DNA of 64,000 bases from Lepidodermella squamata. Lineage: Eukaryota; Animalia; Gastrotricha. The notes under the pieces were generated by a model, which worked only from the letters and a program-made list of their open reading frames with translations, was not told where the DNA came from and did no database searches. The stretch spans positions 868,001 through 932,000 of the forward strand of contig JBLDXI010000023.1 of assembly GCA_047495785.1 (NCBI GenBank). The letters run 5' to 3'. This document shows, one piece after another, positions 60,052 to 64,000 of this stretch (the stretch's first letter is position 1; each line of letters opens with the position of its first letter). A program made the translations under genes and the position numbers.

Positions 60052-61202
60052 ATGCGGATTTTTTTATTGAGAATGACTCTGATTCTGATTATCACACTAT
60101 TTTCTTCATTTGCTTGCCTGAGAGCCGCGAATGACGACCTATTCGGGAATGCAACCGCTATTATCCTTGAAAGCTGTCACGTTAGCCCAACAATCAACTC
60201 CCCTCAGGAAAAGGAGAGGATCCCGACTCCGCTTACAGTCACCATGCAAGGCGATCGCTTCCTAGGAATAAACGAACCCGATGAGACCTTCTCTTTTGTA
60301 GGCTCGCTCTTCCTAACCTGGATTGTACCTTGTGTTGGACAACTATATGAAAGCCCTATTTGGCCGAAAGATCTGCCCGAAATGACGAGGGAGAACCCGG
60401 ATCACTACTGGGCGCCCGATATCCTCCATAGAAATAGCGTCGAAGACGTTGGTCTAGACAGTAATTCGCTGAGCAAACGACTCGCCATAATTCTAACAGC
60501 GAATTTTTTTGTGACCTACAATTTCGGAACGTTTACGTCATATTGCGACCTGGATTTGTTTAAATTCCCCTTTGACTCACAAACTTGCTACGCCTATTTC
60601 ATCCTTAACCAAAAGTCAAATTTTGTAAACATCACATATGTAAAATTTGAATCGGTTTCAGAGTATTTTATGCCAGATAACGCGGCTTGGAGACTAGTGG
60701 AATTTAATGCCACGCGTCAAAGTGAGCTAATGCTTATCCAAGGTATGATTTTCCGTACTCGTCAGCGAAATTCTACATGACCTTCCGAAGAAAACCTGCA
60801 TACGTCATGACAAATCTATTCGCGCCAAGTTTCATACTCAGCTTATTGGAATTATCGTCGTTTCTAGTTCCTGGCGATATGCCCGATCGACCAACCTTCG
60901 CCTGCACCGTCATGCTGTCGATTTTCGTTCTCCAGAGCCAGATAATGGCGAATCTACCGAAAACACCAAAGCCCATCTTTTCTTCTTATTACGTTTTGGC
61001 TCAGTCTGGTTTTGCAATGTTATGCGCCATCTATGCCGCGGCAATGTGCTCATTTCACTCGTTTTATCCGGATTTGGCTAGTAGCAAAATGAGTCTGTTT
61101 AAAAGTTGCCGAGTGTCGACGTTCATTGATTTAGTTGCATTTCATATTGCTGCAGTACTTTTGGTTATTCTCAATCTATCAGCAGCTGCTATTTTTGTGT
61201 GA
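60052..61202 (+). pseudogene. Subfamily F LGIC gene with a 1-nt frameshift near 60743
   Basis: caa gg- tat gat ttt ccg tac versus paralog caa ggc tac gat tat cca ttc; ECD ORF 60052-60780 and TM ORF 60777-61202 are otherwise intact. Could be an assembly error. Confidence 0.8.
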
Positions 61203-61474
61203 TTCAATTGAATGGGGATGAGAAACATTTCAGTGACATGTGGCATCTGAACTTTGAAAGTTGCTGAATGATGGGAGAGATGAAAAATGAAACTTACGTG
61301 ACCAATTTTATTGTCACTTTTAATCTGTAGAATTGCTTAAAGTTCGAGTCTTTCATTCTGGCTTCGAATGAATACCGAGCGGGAAAAATCTTCCCCACTT
61401 TATAAGTTATAAGGTAATCAAATTATCACGCAATTTGAGGTAGTTCTAGTTGCTAGCTGAATCATAAAACAGCT

Positions 61475-62111
61475 TCACTGTTTCATCCTAGTCTTTTGCC
61501 TTGGCATAATCTCTAGCCGTCTTGCCACTTTCGCGCGAACCTCGGCCTTGAAATGATCTGTAAGCATTTTCATTACTCCAACTTTTCCACCGATAGCAGC
61601 GTAATGCAGTGGTGTTCGGCCATGCTTGTCGCGAGCTTCGACATTGGCATTGAATTTCCCTGCCAGCAAATCAACTACTTGAGCGTGGCCATACTCAGCA
61701 GCATAGTGCAACGGCGTCCTTGCATCAATATCCTCAACTTCCACATTAGCCTCCAATTTTCCAGCCAGAAAATCGACCATTTCCCATACGCCGTCTATTG
61801 CAGCTTTGTGCAAAGCTCTGATGCCATTCTGATCTGCAGCATTGACGTTAGCATCGAATTCTTTCACTAGAATTACCATAGCTTCGGTTTGACCAGCCCT
61901 CGCAGCAAAATGAAATGCCGTTTCGTTATTAGAGTTTCGATAATCGACTTGTAAATTGAGTGCCTCATCCTCAAGAAGCATCCTCATTCTATAGATATCG
62001 CTCCGTGCAGCACATTCGAAGAGTTCCTGGTTTCAAGACTATGACTTGAGAAAATAGAACAGAATAAATGAACAAAAAACCTACGTTCTGGTAATCATTC
62101 TTATTGTTCAT
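61475..62111 (-). CDS. Ankyrin-repeat protein (exons 62111-62085, 62026-61475), 3' end apparently decayed
   Basis: TAFHFAA, ALHKAA, TPLHYAA x2 repeats; 58-bp intron; the last repeat GKTARDYAKAKD* lies in another frame near 61530. Confidence 0.8.
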
Positions 62112-62940
62112 AAGACATAAGTCGTATGATGTATCAGTGTAATATATCTACTATTTTACGAACTATTCCATTCATGATTATAGGGAACTATAATATCACT
62201 CGGATTGTTGCGTTGAAACTACTAGTTGTATTAAAATCAAACGATTCAGTGTTTGTATTTCATTACCTAAACCCTAAACTTACAAAATATGTGTGTGCGT
62301 GCTTTTTTATTAGTTTTTATTCATCGTAATGCGTATAAAATTTGTACTTGGAGGCTCATGCAAAAATAATTCAAGTCTTATACGAACGGCGTATGGATTA
62401 TTCATGAAACCTGAAGCCTGCGCAGCGAATTCTTTCAAATTGATGCGACATGCGACATGAGGAAAATGCTGCAATTTCATTCAATGCTTGCTAGTTCTGT
62501 AAAGAAATGAAGTGAGCAAGTTGCGTTTTAAATTGCTTAAACCTTCCGTGGTTTGGGAACTTTTAAAGCTCATACATCAACCCGTTTTTCTGCTCCCGGC
62601 TCGCCACTCGCCACAAACTTCATCTTGGGGAGAACATTTCGTGGGGATATCTTGAAATAGGACCAGGTTGTATAAATAGAGATCTGGAACAACGCACCCT
62701 GAAGTTCTTAACATTTCCAATTTCATGGTAAGTTTCCCCCTTAGCGAAAGTTATCCGGATCATAGCGGAAAATATGCCGTAAAACAGCCCGAGATATTTT
62801 CTGATATCCCGGGCTGTTTGAGCCAGGATATCACGCTCTCCCACCAAGGACCTACCAAGGACACTGGATATCCCTAGAAGGCTGGAAGGAAAAGGTCCAG
62901 ATTTTTATTTACTTCTTGAACATAATAACTGATAAGCAGG

Positions 62941-64000
62941 CTAACGAAGAAGCAAAGTGAAAACGACGGCGTAAAACAAAGTTATGCAAGCGAAATGAGT
63001 TAAAAAAGATAGCAAGTCTACAAATATGAATAAACGACCCTCGCGACCGAACCATCGAACTTTCCGCTCCGCTCGTTCGGGCCAAAGAGTTGTAAATCCA
63101 CACATTACAGCTGAATACATTGCTACGATAGCTGAGAAGACAACAACTCCCACCAAGTAAAACTCGGCAACCATTGGCCTTGGGCTAGCTGGGACTGATG
63201 CTCCGAATTGACTCTGCATAACCATGATTGACAGCATTACAGAACACGCGAAAGCTGGCCGGTCCGGTTCAGTCGCTGGAATAGCGAAAGATGCGAAGAC
63301 GAGGCCGTTCAAAATCACACTAGGCGCGAAAAGCGAGATGATAATGAACTGCGGTTTTCGCTTCAAAATGATGGATATTCTCGCCTCCGTGAACCTATCC
63401 GGGCCAATCATGATGCCATCGAGATGCGTTTCATTGCTCACGATTTCCCAGTTTGAATTCGACGGCATACCGTTGCTCTGGAATCTCTGGTAAATTGCTT
63501 CGTTGATATTCATATGCCGTTGAGGCAGCCGGCTTGATATGATCAAAGAGCAGGTTTGAGCGTCGAACGGGAATCGAAGCAGTTCCAGATCACAAGTTGT
63601 CGTAAACCTGCCGTGGTAACTGCCTAAAAAGCGACCCTCAGATGGCCACATAACCATGCTTCTAAACGTTTCTTCAGCCGCGTCAAGAGCCGTTTGCCCA
63701 TACGAGTTTCGCAAAGTCAGTGGCGGGAACCAAATGCTGTCTGTTGGGACTTCATACATTTCTCGGTAGAAATATTCTGGCCAGTGGTTGGAGGCGTTGT
63801 TAACGTAATCCTTGACGCATTTAACTTCCCAAAAGAGATGTATTGCGCCGTTAAACGAAAACGTCTCAGCTACGTCGTTGATGCCGAGGAAGCGGTCCAA
63901 GCCAACAGTGACTGACAGATTTGTTGTTAATTTAGTAATTTCATTCGGTGAATTCGCCGATGCGTGAATGTGGCAGTTTTGCTGCAGAAGCTCCAAGGCT
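62941..64000 (-). CDS. Divergent Cys-loop LGIC subunit, subfamily B (5' end beyond window)
   Basis: CDLELLRFPFDAQTC; IPATEPDRPAFACSVML identical to 2194-3330. Confidence 0.92.
   Translation of the reverse strand, partial: ALELLQQNCHIHASANSPNEITKLTTNLSVTVGLDRFLGINDVAETFSFNGAIHLFWEVKCVKDYVNNASNHWPEYFYREMYEVPTDSIWFPPLTLRNSYGQTALDAAEETFRSMVMWPSEGRFLGSYHGRFTTTCDLELLRFPFDAQTCSLIISSRLPQRHMNINEAIYQRFQSNGMPSNSNWEIVSNETHLDGIMIGPDRFTEARISIILKRKPQFIIISLFAPSVILNGLVFASFAIPATEPDRPAFACSVMLSIMVMQSQFGASVPASPRPMVAEFYLVGVVVFSAIVAMYSAVMCGFTTLWPERAERKVRWFGREGRLFIFVDLLSFLTHFACITLFYAVVFTLLLR

Noticed and set aside
272-63915. Many short antisense or alternative-frame ORFs overlapping the LGIC, RepHel and transposase genes
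   Set aside because: Shadow ORFs; their mutual similarity only mirrors the conserved sense-strand TM codons.

Overview
Eukaryotic (invertebrate animal) DNA with many 50-60 bp GT-AG introns; the species cannot be determined from the sequence. The window is dominated by a tandem array of 17 divergent Cys-loop (pentameric ligand-gated ion channel, nAChR-like) loci in about 7 subfamilies. Fourteen have open frames (one runs off the window edge), one is a decayed pseudogene, one is interrupted by a MITE and one is frameshifted. Nearly all are single-exon. All lack the acetylcholine-site hallmarks (loop-C vicinal Cys, loop-B Trp), have a ~20-aa M3-M4 loop, an extra conserved N-terminal Cys pair and an unusual (P)-D-R-(P) entry to M2. 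This looks like a lineage-specific, birth-and-death chemosensory receptor array, conceptually parallel to cephalopod chemotactile receptors. Embedded in the array are: two tandem five-exon nuclear receptors, each with two DNA-binding domains (2DBD-NR, visible only after splicing); an apparently intact intron-containing Helitron with a passenger gene; a Penelope-like inverted-repeat remnant with a minimal hammerhead ribozyme; a secreted P4HA-N/TPR-like protein without catalytic domain; a 9-kb Zator transposon (~610-bp TIRs, TTA TSD) with an intact spliced transposase and two accessory genes; and a decaying ankyrin-repeat gene.
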